DNA from: Octopus bimaculoides
Taxonomy: Eukaryota
DNA: 64,000 nucleotides
Direction: 5' to 3'
NCBI RefSeq assembly: GCF_001194135.2
Contig: NC_068997.1
Span: 30,614,922 to 30,678,921, forward strand
This document shows, in pieces, positions 1 to 13,290 of the stretch. The translations under genes were made by a program, and so were the position numbers. Under the pieces are notes generated by a model that ran no database searches, was not told the DNA's origin, and saw only the letters and a list, made by a program, of their open reading frames with translations. The number at the start of each line of letters is the position of its first letter. The stretch's first letter is position 1.

Positions 1-365
1 TTTGCCCAGGCTATTCTTATTCTAGCAGCTACACTTTCAGCGCACCCACCCCCACTACTAACTTGGTCGCCCAGATAGCGGAAGCTATCGACTACCTCTA
101 GTTTTTCACCCTGGAATGAGATAGAAGTTGTTTCCTGTTTGTTTGCAGTCTTTATTGCACCTGAACATCTGCCACAAACAAAAACTAACTTGCTAGTTAA
201 CCTGCCTTTGATGTTGCTGCACCTCTTATGTGTCCATAGCTTGCACCGGGTACATCTTATAGAGTTACTACCTACTCCTTTTCTACATACTGAGCAGGGC
301 CATCTACCTGAAGGGGTTTGTGTTTTATCTACCTTCCTACTTATTAGGATTTTGGTTTTAGCTGT
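1..365 (-). mobile_element. RTE-clade LINE fragment (RT C-terminal region), runs off window edge
   Basis: Minus strand reads KTKILISRK..SGRWPCSVCRKGVGSNSIRC and QGEKLEVVDSFRYLGDQVSSGGGCAESVAARIRIAWAK; same family as 9768-11360 and 50765-51068. Confidence 0.85.
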
Positions 366-494
366 AGTTTCAGCTCAGAGGTGCGGCCATGCTGGAGCAT
401 CACCATTTTTTACTGAGAACCTCTTCTAACATGTGGCACTTGGTGAAGAATGGAGCTTCATGTAGCTACCCTCATTTGCACCTCTTGCTGTGAG

Positions 495-1400
495 ATAGGG
501 TCATCTGGGACTCTCAACAGGAAGAGGTCCACCTTGATTTAAAAATGCCTACATCTACTTTGTGTAGGTTCCTCGGGTTCTTTAGGAGAATATTAAAAAG
601 CTGTGGGCCCCTGAAACCCAGGCTGTTGCAGTAATTGGTCCTGAAGTGTGATGACATTGCTGGGATCTTTGGCACTGTGCAGTGTTGACCTGTTCTAGCA
701 TTGATTCTAGCTTTCAATGCCAAAATTTGACACAATTCCTTCCAGGATCTTGCAGATGTATATTACTGCATACCTCTCCTGCCTTCATTGCAGGGCGTAG
801 AGTCTTAGCTATTTCAACCTTTCCCAGTAGCTAAGCTGTTACAAAGAGATGATCTTCTTTGTGAAGCTTCACTGGATTGCTTCAAGGTGCGCTATTAATT
901 TTACACTACTGGGTGACCATAGCTGGGAGCAGTAATCCAGGTGGCTGAGGATGAATGTCCCCCAGAGGACCATCATGGTTTCCTTATCTCTTGTTCTGAA
1001 TGTTCTCAGGATCCATTCAGCTAGTTGTCTGCACTTTGTTGACATCCTGGTAATATGCACTTGGAAAGAGGTATCATCACTTGTGTCGATACCCAGTTCC
1101 CTCACTGATTTAGGCTCTGGGATTGTAATTCCCTGTGGACCAGTGTACCCTGTAAGTTTCATGCTCAATTTTGGACGCTGGTAGTGCAGGGCTTGGAATT
1201 TTTGAACATTAAACTACATATTATTATCCTCAGCACATCTGTAAATTGAGTCCAACTACTGCTGCAGCTGTACAACATTGCTGGGGTTCTGCATTTTTTG
1301 TGAGACTTTCGTATCATTTGCATAGCTAGCAAGGGTGGCTATCCGGGCAGTTGAGGGCATATCTGAAAGGGCCACTATGAAAATCAGTGGAACACTGCCC
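495..1400 (-). mobile_element. CR1/L2-like LINE reverse transcriptase, decayed 3' part
   Basis: ATLASYA(N)DTK (YADD-like), WILRTFRTRDKETMMVLWGTFILSHLDYCSQLWSP, LGFRGPQLFNIL; in-frame stops. Confidence 0.85.
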
Positions 1401-1587
1401 ATTATTTTCATTGTTTTCATTTCAGTGTTTTCATTGAGGTGGCTACATTGACCACTACTGCCTTCTATCTTTCAGAAAGTCATGTAACAACTCTCCAAGT
1501 TTTCCAGCTATGTCGAGATCACACAGTTTGTGTCATATCATACCATGATCCACTTTATCAAATTGAGGAAGTGGAATGGGTATTTAT

Positions 1588-1627
1588 TCACACACTCACA
1601 CACACACACACACACACACACGCACGC

Positions 1628-1665
<38 letters not shown>

Positions 1666-1680
1666 GCACACATATATATA
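1588..1680. repeat. (CA)n/(TA)n compound microsatellite
   Basis: Seen directly. Confidence 0.95.
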
Positions 1681-2064
1681 TCCCAGCTTGTATGATTCTG
1701 TATAGAGCAATCTATTAATGAAATTCCAACGTAGTCTGATTTTCACCTCTTATTATTTGCAATTTTTACAATTTTAAAATATTACAATTTTACATTATGG
1801 AAATGAACTTTCATGTATTACGCAATCATCAGGTATATGTAGTGACAGTCGTGTTCCACAATTGACAATTTGTTGGTTTTACTCTCTAAATATTCTCCGA
1901 TGTCCTCTAGCAAGCTGAATCTTACGAATTATATTTTCACCAATCAGCATATATATATATATATNNNNNNNNNNNNNNNNNNNNNNNNNNNNNNNNNNNN
2001 NNNNNNNNNNNNNNNNNNNNNNNNNNNNNNNNNNNNNNNNNNNNNNNNNNNNNNNNNNNNNNNN

Positions 2065-2102
<38 letters not shown>

Positions 2103-2845
2103 GAGTTTGGTTCACTGCTAATCTAAATGAATAGGCACACTTAACTGCTATAATTGCTCATCCATTAGGTTCTAAGTTCACAGTTAAGGCTGGAGCTAGG
2201 GATCAGTATTAAGCTTCCATGTTAGCAGGTATATATTGGTGGAAAAGGACAATAAAAACCAAAGCAGGACGAATATCTCAAGTCATTTATAATAATGTAA
2301 TTAGGGTAAGGTGAATTTAAAGTCTTACAGCTGTTTCTGAGATATCCCAAGTGATAATCTAGCATGTCTGTACACTGGATATTCCCTTATCAGAGACAAC
2401 GTGAGTATGTTTGAAAGTTCTAGGCAGGGAAATTCACAGTTTATAAGGAATAAAAATAGAGGAATAAAGAGTAGAAGTAGATAGAAGAATACAGACAGGA
2501 GAAAAGATGAACACATCATTTAAAATACTGCCAAAATACTGCCTGGATCTATCTGGATAATATCTAAGGGACTATTCATTCACAGAAGTATGGACCAATC
2601 ACCATACCTTCTGGAAAAAGATGAATTGTGAACTTTTTTCTCCTGCTGTCCTTTCATACACACCAATATGAAAAATAATTGCCAGTTGTACAAAAGAATG
2701 AAAATATATGTAAAAATATATACAAAAGACATGTAAAATATTGCTGCCATACAAATCCATTGGCAAAAATCATGAATTTACTGAATACAATTTCTACAAA
2801 CGGATATTATCAATAAAGGTTAAAAAACATTATAAAAACAATTAC

Positions 2846-2927
2846 CTTGGCAGTTTTCTCACATCCTACAAACTTGACAGTACCGAGTGCATCAGATGGT
2901 TTTGATGGCTCCTCACCTCTAGCATTT
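2846..2927 (-). CDS. Isolated candidate exon, 82 nt, phase 2 to 0 (NARGEEPSKPSDALGTVKFVGCEKTAK), no recognised family
   Basis: tcttttgatAG acceptor, AAG|GTAATT donor, open in this phase. No neighbouring exon could be linked with confidence. Confidence 0.25.
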
Positions 2928-4869
2928 CTATCAAAAGACAAGCAAAAACCAATCAATAGTTGAAGTGAAGTTGTGATGGGGAAGATAGAAAATGATTAAT
3001 CACAAAATCAAGAGATAAAGAACAATCCCAATGAAAAATACAAATTTTCACAGATATAGAGACATAAATCCTTACACAGAAATAGGTAAATGTCTTTTAA
3101 TTTTGTTGAATAAAATAATGATTAATTTTAAATAAACTGAAAAGTAAAAACAAGAGATATTTTGCCATCAGAAGGAAAAGTAGAAAATGGGATACACAGT
3201 GGAATAATTATTCCACATCTGGGATGGTGCTGCTGCTACACATAGAGATATAAGACCACTTCCAGAAAGAAAAAAATGTTACTTAACTGACTGGCATGAA
3301 GTCGCCAATACACACCAAATTCTTACCCATAGATGTTCTGTGTCCTCTCTTTGCCTTTTCTACCACTACTGCAATAGCTTCTGATCCTCAGAGCTAATTG
3401 CTCTCTTGCCACTCTGTCCAGGTACCACTGATACACAGACTAGACCCCAAACCAACATTAATGTCTGTTCTCCCTAGGCATTATTTCTCTCCTGGAATTC
3501 CCTTCCTGTCTATACTTTCCTTCCTGAAAATGCTCTGAGCATAAAGTAGTAAAACATCAGAATAATATACAAAATATATGCAAACACATACACACTAATA
3601 CCCAAAGAAATAAAGAAACTGAGATGTTTGTACTTTTTGAACTCATCACTTCCTCTGCTATCAATATAACATCTAAAAATTAAAATTGAATTAATTGAAT
3701 TAAAATTGAATCAAGTAGATATGAAAAGAAACTGCATGAGATGCCAATTGCAGTGACCTGGTAAGAGACTGAAGGTCAGAGATGTATAATGAAATCTGTT
3801 GACATTTAATACTATATAATATTATCACAAAATAAAGCCAAGTTAATATAATAGTGAAGTGTATGTCAATATAGTGACTGTAGCAGAGAAGGGAGTCTAA
3901 TCTATTAACATACTTGGTAGTGTGTCTCCTTTTATATATATATCTCTCTCTCTTTGTCCCCCTCTTTGCATTTGTCTCTCCCACAAAGAAATATAATGTT
4001 GACCTTATTGGATTTATCTCCCTTGCTTACTATATAACTTAAGTCATATGAAATGTAATATTGGGAGTGTGTATTTGCCACTGCTTGTTTATCAGATATT
4101 ATTACAAATTTAATTAATTGATATATAAACAGCATTATTGTTATTGATAACATATACTTATTTACAAATATACAAATCAGAAATAACTTTTAACATTGTT
4201 TTGTAAAAATTTCAAAACTATTTCAATTCTGAAATTTAGTACTCATTTCATTAATATTCATTCTCTATGAAATTTTAAAAAGTAAGATTACAATTATTGT
4301 AGTTATGTAACATTACCTGCTATTACTTGGGGTGGTAAAATATATATATTCCCAACATTAGGCATCATATGATGGTTAAAACTGTTGTTAATAATACTTA
4401 TGTGGTGAGTAGTCAAAACAGATCATCTCCAGAGATGGCTATGCGTTGCTGAGGAAATCTAATTAGACCAAAGTATGTAAACAATTATTGTAGCAGGACC
4501 ATTAGAGGGTAAGACAAAAATGCCTTGTGGTATTAGTTCCAGCTTTGTATATATTAAGTTCAAATCTCAACGAGATCAACTTTGCCCATCCATCCTTCCG
4601 GCATCAATCTTCTTCTCTTGCTGGCCTTATGCTAAATTAGAAACAATTAATTTAACTAACTTGACTGCTATTTTCCATGCAGATGAAGTCTCTGGGTTAT
4701 TTCCTTGAATCATCAATGATATTGATACGCTAACATTTTGCTTTTCTAAATGCATACCTGTGGTGTGTGTCACACTTATTTCAAAGGAAGAGGTAAAAAT
4801 GTTGAAGGGAGAGGTGTTAAAAGGTGTTAAGCAGAAGAGGCACAGTTAAAGAGAGTGGAAAAGCATGAG

Positions 4870-5245
4870 AGGGGGAGAGACAGAGAGGAAGTGAGAAAGA
4901 AAGACAGAAAGTGAGTGAGACAGAGTGTTGACTGCAAGGAAGGTGGCGTTCCTTTTTTGTTTTTAAATGTTTATCAGTCTTATCAGAGTAGGACTGCTGC
5001 ATACACCGAAAGAAAAATAGATACATACATACATGGATACATACACAAATTGTTAAATTAAAAGCGGGAGAGAGGAAGTGAAACAGAAAGAGAGAGAGAG
5101 AGTGAAAGAGACAGTGAGTGGTAACTGAAAGGAAGGTGGCTTTCGTTTTGTGTTTTTAAATGTTTACCAGTATTTTCAGAGTAGACTGATACATACATCG
5201 AAAGAAAAGTAGATACATAGATACACAGACACATTGTTAAATCAG
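4870..5245. repeat. Local tandem duplication, two diverged units of about 180-195 bp
   Basis: Both units contain GA-rich start, aaggaaggtggc, tttttaaatgttta, gaaagaaaa.tagatacata, attgttaaat. Confidence 0.75.
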
Positions 5246-5824
5246 AAACAAATAGTTACAGCAAATATTAGATGTCCCTTTCAGTTTTCATTACCACACA
5301 AAGACAAAATTTAACGCGCAAGTAGCTAAGTACTCCACAGATTACACAGCACTAACGTACTTCTCAGAGATATTCAGCCTCATACAAAATGTGACAAGGC
5401 TGGCCACTTTCTATTACAGCTACAACTCATTTTGAATGGACTGGAGCAAGATAAACCTTCAAATGGTTGGAAGAAAACGGAAAAAGATCCTATATAGCAG
5501 AAGGACAACCTTTTTAGTCGTTAGGGTCACAGTGGGCGTTAATTCGGTCCTAACAGCGGCATTTGCAGGTCTCACAGCTCTGGAGGCCAAGCACTCAAAT
5601 AAACACTGATGCACAGGCAGGTTTTATCAAACTGAACGTGAGTCCAGCACGAAGTGACTACACAACGGAATAGCAATTATTTCATCTTAACTTTCACTGC
5701 TTATACTGAACACAACATTTTGCCTTATGATATGGAACATTTCCTGTTTTTTTTAAAATGGCATTCCATCGGTTATGATGATGAGATTATTATTTATCTG
5801 ATTAGCAGAACAGTCTGCTCATAA

Positions 5825-5975
5825 AATTAACACGCAAGTGGCTGAGTGGGCAGCAACATGGAGAAGAAGAGTGCCTTGTCCAAGAACACAGCGCACCGCC
5901 AGGAATCGTACTCATGATCTTTAGATTGTGGACTGAATACCCCTAACCACTGAGCCATGCACCTTCACTCTCTTA
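5825..5975 (-). mobile_element. tRNA-derived SINE head
   Basis: Minus strand gaaggtgcaTGGCTCAGTGGtt (A box) and GAGTACGATTCC (B-box-like); related to copies at 32095 and 43975. Confidence 0.7.
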
Positions 5976-6624
5976 ACCGTAGAGAAAAGGAGTGGAGTGA
6001 TAGAGACAGGGAAATGAAAGCTTCAGTCATTTAAGATGGTAATTAGACTGAAATACAAGCGAATTTTTCTAGCTTCTTTACTTTTAACAATGAAGAAGAG
6101 GGAAAGACATTTAGTTATGAATACAGGGAAAGTCTTTCAGGTGTTTAGGTTTTCCTTCTGGGTGTTCTAGAAGGATTGAGTGTTAGCTCTCTCTTCTTGC
6201 CCCAATCCCTGGTATCTATTCACCTTGTTAGATAGTTCTTCATGTCTTTTAGTTTGTGGGGGGGGGGGGGAGACCATGTGTTTTTTAGGGATGTTTAACG
6301 TTTTCTGTACAAACAACAAAGAAGCCACTCCATCTCATAGGGTATAACTGTGAAAAGAGCCCAGAAAAATGGGTAATACCTACTACAAAATAGGTAGGGA
6401 AGAAAAGTTGCCAACAGGTGGCTACACGAAATTCAAGTCTATATTTTAAAGAGTGTCTTCTCCTATAGCCTTGGGCTGACCAAAGCTTCATGAGTGACTT
6501 TGGTAGACAGAAACCAGGTAGGCCATCACGAAATCACACTCTGCAAGCATCCATCAGTTGCTGGAATGTAGCTGAAACAACTTTTATACAAAACTAGAGC
6601 CAGTTAAATTATACAGACCTTCAA

Positions 6625-8372
6625 AAGTATTAATTGTTAGCAGCTTAATAATTCATCTTGTATTTGTAAGTAAGCATAAGAAAGATCTTATTTCGAGAAC
6701 AAATTTCCTCTGGCCTAAGCAATGGGCAGTAATACTGTCTTAAAAATTCATCTAGTTGTGTCGAGAAAGCAGCACATACGAGAATTTTATTGTTCTTTCT
6801 TTTTACATGCACTGTTAGAGACACCCAATCTGGATAGCTGATCTTTTCAAACATTCCTATTTTTAACAGTCTGTCTAATTCCTTATTCACTTGTTCTACA
6901 AATGGTACATTACGTTTAGGTTTGAAAACTAGTAATGAATTCCCTGAAATTTTACTTTAAATTTATTGCACCGACCCAACTTCTCTGAAAAATCATCAGG
7001 AAACAACTTTTATCTTTTATCTTCTTTTTTTTTAAATTTTCGCACTCTGTATTAGAACTGGTGCATGATCTCAATACATTTAATAATTTTTAGATAAATC
7101 CCGTAAGTCGAACAGTTCCATCCAGTCAGTTCCGAAAAGGTTGCTTGTATTTTTCAATACATAAGCTTTTGTTTTTATAGACTTCCCACAAAAGGTAACA
7201 TTACAAACAGTTTCCCCTTTAAAAATTAATTTAATTCTTGAGACTCCACATGAAATCATCAAGGTTTCTGTAGTGTAGGCTTCCTGATTGTTTTCCATGT
7301 GTTTTCATTAATTAAAGTAATGTCACTACCTGTATTTAACAGTAAATTTATGTTTGTATCATTAATTTTTACATTCACAAATTATTTGAGTCTCGTTTGT
7401 ACTTCTTGTTGCTGATAAATTGTTTACATGATATTTTTGTTGGACCGTTTTCTAGGTTTTGTTTTATAGTGTAATTTTTTTATGACCTATCTTATTACAC
7501 TTGAAGCATTTTCGATTTTTATAAGGACAGTCGAATCTGTAGTGTAATTCTCCACATCCAAAACATGGGTTAATTTTCTGCTTTTCATTACTTACTTTCG
7601 GTAGCACCGATTGTATACGAGAGCAGCTTCTTCAATTTGTTCCATATCATACCTTAGGTTTATTATTCTCTGAAACTCCTCAGATATTTCTTGTAGTGTT
7701 AACTTCTGATTCTGTTCTATTCTAGTCAGAATTCAGTTATAAATTTCCGCATCATTCCTTACCAATAAACCTTGGACAAAAGTTAAGCATTTAAGCATAT
7801 GTGGTGTTAATTCATTGATTTTAAATCTCTCACATTCCTTATTAATGATTGCAGCATACGTAGTAAAATCTTCATCCTTTTTTTCTGGAATATTCATGCA
7901 TTGCCAATGTTACATAAAGAGCGTTTTCCACTGAAAATCTTTGATTCACCGTTTCTTCAGAACAGATTTCACTTGGTTTCTTTGGTAATATGTAATTGAA
8001 CTATTTCTTATGCTTGGCTGTTGCCATCTTTCTCAACACGTTAAGTTATTTTTTGCGTCTTGCAAGTTGCAGCATTCTTCTCTAAAAATTTCCTCATACC
8101 TTCTAAAGTAAGCAGAGAAGGTAGTGCCTTTCTCTGGGTTACATGCGAACTCTTCAATCTAGTTTGCGACAGTATCATGTCTGAATGAACTAGATGTATT
8201 TTTTGTTTTCTTCTGTATTAGTTGTACTAACAGTTGCTGTTGCTACTGAAATTCTGTTGTTGTTGCTGCTATTGTAGCTGCTGCTGTAACTGAATTACCG
8301 AAGCTAGTAAACCTTCTATGTTCAAACAAATAACTGTCCAGCAAGAGCTTCAAATAATCTTGTCACCAAAAA
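6625..8372 (-). mobile_element. Gypsy/Ty3 internal region (gag, protease, RT N-terminus), decayed
   Basis: Protease-like KTKAYVLKNTSNLFGTDWMELFDL; RT start ELDRLLKIGMFEKISYPDWVSLTVHVKRKNNKILVCAAFSTQL; knuckle remnant KCNKIGH; PBS-like TGGTGACAAG (8368-8359) just after LTR end. Confidence 0.85.
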
Positions 8373-8670
8373 TGTTATGACATAAGGCTACATATCTGGT
8401 GTAAAATGGTATTACACAAACAAAATAGTTGGTTGTGGTTATCTAAAAACAAGCTATTGCAGAAATACATGTCAACACAGAGCACACTCCATACTACTCC
8501 ACTGTAGGTATGATACTCAGTATTCACTATTCAACTACTGACTGTTACATCAAACTAACATGGTAAACCAATATGGTCGAACTGACACCGTCAACTACCT
8601 GATAGTTCAATAATCAGTTCTTATTTATAGTAATCAGTTAGTCCAGTTTTAATCATGTTAGGGGTGTTCA
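8373..8670 (-). mobile_element. Probable 5' LTR of the adjacent Gypsy element
   Basis: Ends ...tcataACA immediately before the PBS; contains TATAAATAAG. Outer boundary uncertain. Confidence 0.55.
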
Positions 8671-8699
8671 GGTTTCTCCCATAAAAATATTATATAAGA

Positions 8700-8895
8700 A
8701 AATGGAGAGGAAAGCTGGCAGAGGTATCATTAGCACGCTGGACAAAATGCTTAGCAGCATTTTGCTCATCTTTACTTCTTGATTTCTAGTTGACTTTCTG
8801 AGTTGATAAAATATGTACCCGTTGAATACTGGGGTTGATGTAATCAATATACCCCCTCCTCTGAAATTGCTGTCCTTGAGTCAACCTTTGAAATC
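8700..8895 (+). mobile_element. SINE copy (family also at about 4490-4640, 29290-29500, 39380-39590)
   Basis: Shared agctggcaga..ttagcacgctggacaaaatgcttagc and actggggttgatgtaatcaa motifs. Confidence 0.65.
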
Positions 8896-9232
8896 AATAT
8901 TTTATAAGAAAATATAATAAAGTGATTATAAAATTTGAGTATGTTGTGGTGGTTATCACTTGCCCTCCATTAGGACGTCATTTTAGTTTCAACCCACAAA
9001 ATTAGAACAAATCTCTCATTAAAAAAATAGAATTCAATATTCAGTGAGAGAATACAAGCTGCCTTTGTGCATTAGTCTCATCGAATATGTAAAGACTTTG
9101 AAGAACATCAAGATGAATGCAGTGCCCAAATCACTTGAAATTCAAGGAGGCAAAATGTAATACATCAAACTGCTTAGGGCTGTGAAAGCCAGATATCCCC
9201 CCACCATATATATATATATATTTGTATGTATG

Positions 9233-9265
<33 letters not shown>

Positions 9266-9767
9266 NNNNNNNNNNNNNNNNNNNNNNNNNNNNNNNNNNN
9301 NNNNNNNNNNNNNNNNNNNNNNNNNNNNNNNNNNNNNNNNNNNNNNNNNNNNNNNNNNNNNNNNNNNNNNNNNNNNNNNNNNNNNNNNNNNNNNNNNNNN
9401 NNNNNNNNNNNNNNNNNNNNNNNNNNNNNNNNNNNNNNNNNNNNNNNNNNNNNNNNNNNNNNNNNNNNNNNNNNNNNNNNNNNNNNNNNNNNNNNNNNNN
9501 NNNNNNNNNNNNNNNNNNNNNNNNNNNNNNNNNNNNNNNNNNNNNNNNNNNNNNNNNNNTATATATATTTTTTTTTCTCTCCTGGTAGTCCAAGAATGTA
9601 ATTAGGATCATCATTAGCAGATATTATGAATTGCCCACTGAGTTTACAAATCGGTTTCCACTTTTGTTTAATTTACATCAATCTGTTCCTTAAACAATAG
9701 AGAAAGGAATCAATATCAGAAAAACTAAAGTCTTTCACCAATAAAATGTGTTTGATTGTTAAAATTA

Positions 9768-11360
9768 CTCTTCCAGGCAATAACAGAAGAATTTAAGATG
9801 GGCTGCTCTTGGGAACTCCTCTATGGTGACAACCTTGTTCTTATAGCCGAATCACTAACTGGACTAGAGAAGAAATTTCAGGTGTGGAAGGAACATCTAG
9901 AATCAAAGGACCTTAGAGTTAATATAGTAAAAACTAAAGTCTTGGTAATTAGGAAAGCAGACAAATCCTAAATCCATTCTAGTAGATGGCCCTGCTTGGT
10001 CTGTAGGAAAAGCATAAGTAGAACCTTCATAAGATGTATCTGGTGTAAACTATGGATGCATAAGAGGTGCAGCAATATCAGAGGAAGGTTAACAGGGAAA
10101 TAGTTTTGTGTGTAGTAGGTGCACAGGTACAATAAACACTAAAAATGTACAGAAAATAGATTCCATCAAATGCCAGAGTGAAAAGCTAGAAGTAGTTGAT
10201 AGGTTCCATTATCTAAGTGACCAAATCAGTAGTGGAGGTGGCTGCTCCGAGAGCATAGCTGCAAAAATAAGACTAGGTTGGGCTTAGTTTTGAGAGCTCT
10301 TATCTCTGATGGTAACAAAGAGAACTTCTCCCTCACAGTGAAAGATTGTATAATGCCTGTGTGCGAACAGCCATGCTACATGACAGTGAAACATGGGATG
10401 TGACAGCCAAGGACATGCTTAGGTTTGAAAGAAATGAAGCTAATATGCTTCGCTGGTTGTACAATGTCATTGTGTATGTAGAATAGAAGGTAAGTGTCAT
10501 GAGAAAAAAGTTGGGCATAAGAGACATGAGATGTGGTGTGAAAGAGAGAGAACTGCACTTAGTGTGGTCATGTGATGTGTATAGATGTTGACAGCTGTGT
10601 AAATGTGCTGATCTCTAAGGATGGATTTAACCTGTAGAAGAAGTATACTCAGGAAGACATAGGACGACATGGTAAAGCATGATCTTCGAATGTTGGACCT
10701 CACTGAGGCAATAACTAGTGACTAAGACCTTTGGAGATATGCTGTGCTTGAGAAGACCAGTCAAGCCAAGTCAAATCAGAGTCATGGCTGAGCTGGTGCC
10801 ATGTAACAAGTGCCATGTAACAGGTGCCCCATGCCGGTGACATTCAAAGAGCACATTTCGAGTATTGGGCCTCATGGAGGCAATGTGGCTGATGCTAATG
10901 AAAAGCACCTTTAAAGCTTTGGGCCTCACAAATGATTGAGACCTTTGGTGATTTGCTGTGCTTGAGAAAACCCATCAAACCAAGTGAATTCACAGTCGTG
11001 ACAGGTACTGGTGTCACACAACTGGTACCCATGCCAGTGGCACGTAAAATGCACTTTTCGAGTGTTGGGCCTCGTGGAGGCAATAACAAATGACTGAAGT
11101 CTTTGGCGATAATCTGTGCTTGAGAAGAAGACTAGGCAAGTGAACTTGTATGTGTGTCAGATTCTGGTGACACACAAGTGACACTCGAACCAATAGCACA
11201 TTAAAGCACCCTTAATTCTCTTGGAGTGGTTGGCATTGGGAAGGGCATCCAATGGTAGAAACCATGCCAAATCAGACTAGTGTCTGGAGCAGCCCTTCAG
11301 CTCACCAACCGTCCAACCCATGCCAGCATGGACAACAGATGTTAAATGAAGATGATGATT
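9768..11360 (+). mobile_element. 5'-truncated RTE LINE with 3' UTR and (GAT)n tail
   Basis: FQAITEEFKMGCSWELLYGDNLVLIAESL (LYADD-like) through C-terminus; tail gttaaatgaagatgatgatt; empty site present in copies A and B. Confidence 0.9.
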
Positions 11361-11545
11361 AATGCTCTAGCTATCTTTTAAGAGAGATACATGTAGAGAA
11401 ATGATGGATTGCTATATTAAATGCCAATCATTTGCTTTTTGTGAGCCATCTGTTATTTATTCATCTTTATGCCATTCATAAATAATACCAGTGATCTAAT
11501 GGAGTAAGATTTAGAAGAGTAGCAATTTAGTATGCTATTTATTAC

Positions 11546-11586
11546 CTCAATTTTAGGTCCTCCTGTATGCATTCTTGTACATCATC
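11546..11586 (-). CDS. Candidate micro-exon X, copy C (41 nt, phase 0 to 2; DDVQECIQEDLKL)
   Basis: cttcttttatttacAG acceptor and GAG|GTAATA donor; acceptor-side flank homologous to 35111-35142 and 46068-46099. Confidence 0.4.
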
Positions 11587-13290
11587 CTGTAAATAAAAGA
11601 AGTGATATTGAATATGAGAAAAAATGTTGGGGATTTGACTACTGACAATCTTATAGCATCAATTTTGCCAATAATTATAGAAAAGGCATATTTATTTTAA
11701 AACATTTTTAAGAATAACATTCTAAACATGCTCTCTCTCAAACTTCTAATCTTTGGAACTGGAACAACAATTTCTATAAAGTTTCTGAATGATCCCCACA
11801 AGAATATAATGGTGATTCCATGTGACATATTCATGACAGAATATAGCTTAAAGAAATATGGCTCCTTCAAAGCCAACAGAGTCAGAGTATGTTAACCTTG
11901 CTCTGACAGACCTGGCTGAGATAATGGAGGTATACAGAAAAGAGAAAGACTAATTATGAGACACTGTAAGAAATGGTGAACTGTGACATGAGAATGCAGG
12001 GTTTAACAAATAAAATTATGCAGGATCAGCTGGAATTGTGATATACAATATAATAGACCTGTGCAACAATGTGTTAGCACAGAAAAATAGATGCTTAAAT
12101 AAGGATGATGTTTAATAGTATTTATCATATTGATTGTTTTATACAAATCACATGACAACAATTTTATGGGAAGAGAAATTCAAAACTATGATAACTTCTT
12201 ATTTCTCTTTAAACAGAAATTTAAACTAGGAATTGAAACTGAGAATTAAAACCAGATCAATGTCTCAGTTCACTGAGTGTGTATTTTCCTATGTAAAAGG
12301 TTTAGGAATGTCCAACTAGTGACTACATCCTTCAAAGTTTCTCTTCCTCTGTATATGAAGCCAATACCATTCAACTTACATATTATACTCCCTGATTATT
12401 TTTCTCTTTTTGTTATTAAATAAAAACCATGCCAAATCAGACATTGGAACTCAATACAATCCTTTAAATCATTGGATGCTATTGAATTGTCCAACCCATG
12501 TCATCAAGGAAGTTGGAAGTTATGTGATGATATTGATGATGCAATGGAGACAAACACCAACGTCTCATGTGGTAGAATTGAATAATTGTTGAGAGATATC
12601 ACTCCCAACATGAAACTAATAGTAGTTTGGGTAATCCATGAATAAAGAATATTTATCTGCCAATGTGGTGTTGAGCACTCATTCTCACTTTTCAATACAA
12701 ATGCATGCATGCATGTGTGTTAATGCACAACAAGGCACACAATAGAAACTTTTGATTAATTTAAAGGGCTTGTATATTTGTAAATTTAAACATTAAAATC
12801 CAGTATTTGTAAATCTTGTTTTGACAATTTTTTTTCTCGTAGGACCCGTGAATCTTTCACAGAATTAATGGTAAACTTATTGTATTATTTCTGAAATATT
12901 GTCCAAAAAAAACTTGAAAGCATACCCTGTGTTGTGTCTGTATCAAAATATCAAAAGATCATCAGCTACCCATTTACTAATTGAAAAGTGGAGGTAATTG
13001 TAATACAATGATTACTTAATACACTTTATATATACACTGTATAAAGTTTATGCACAATTTTATAGACGTATCACACAACTCTCTCTCCCTTTCTCTCTCA
13101 CTCTCTGCCATACCCTCTTCTTCTCTCTCTTTTTTCTTTCTCCCTCTTTTTCTCTCGCTCTTCACCTTTCCCTTCAAGTAATCACATGAAAGCATTACAG
13201 AATTACTGATGGGTTAAGTAACGGAGGAACAAGCATAATTATTATAAAATATTAATAATTGCTTGGAATTTAGAACAAAGAGCTCTTTTT

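Larger units (their letters stand above)
8895..12720. repeat. Segmental duplication copy C (interrupted by N-gap and RTE insertion)
   Basis: 8895-9040 matches 34315-34460; 9660-9767 matches 34635-34742 and 45525-45630; 11360-12720 matches 34743-36710 and 45640-46655. Confidence 0.9.

Noticed and set aside
12375-12450. WFLF..KKRKIIREYN frame with apparent synonymous bias before a GTAAGT donor
   Set aside because: Part of it is the reverse complement of a SINE/RTE tail remnant (aaaccatgccaaatcagac), so the codon signal is probably spurious.
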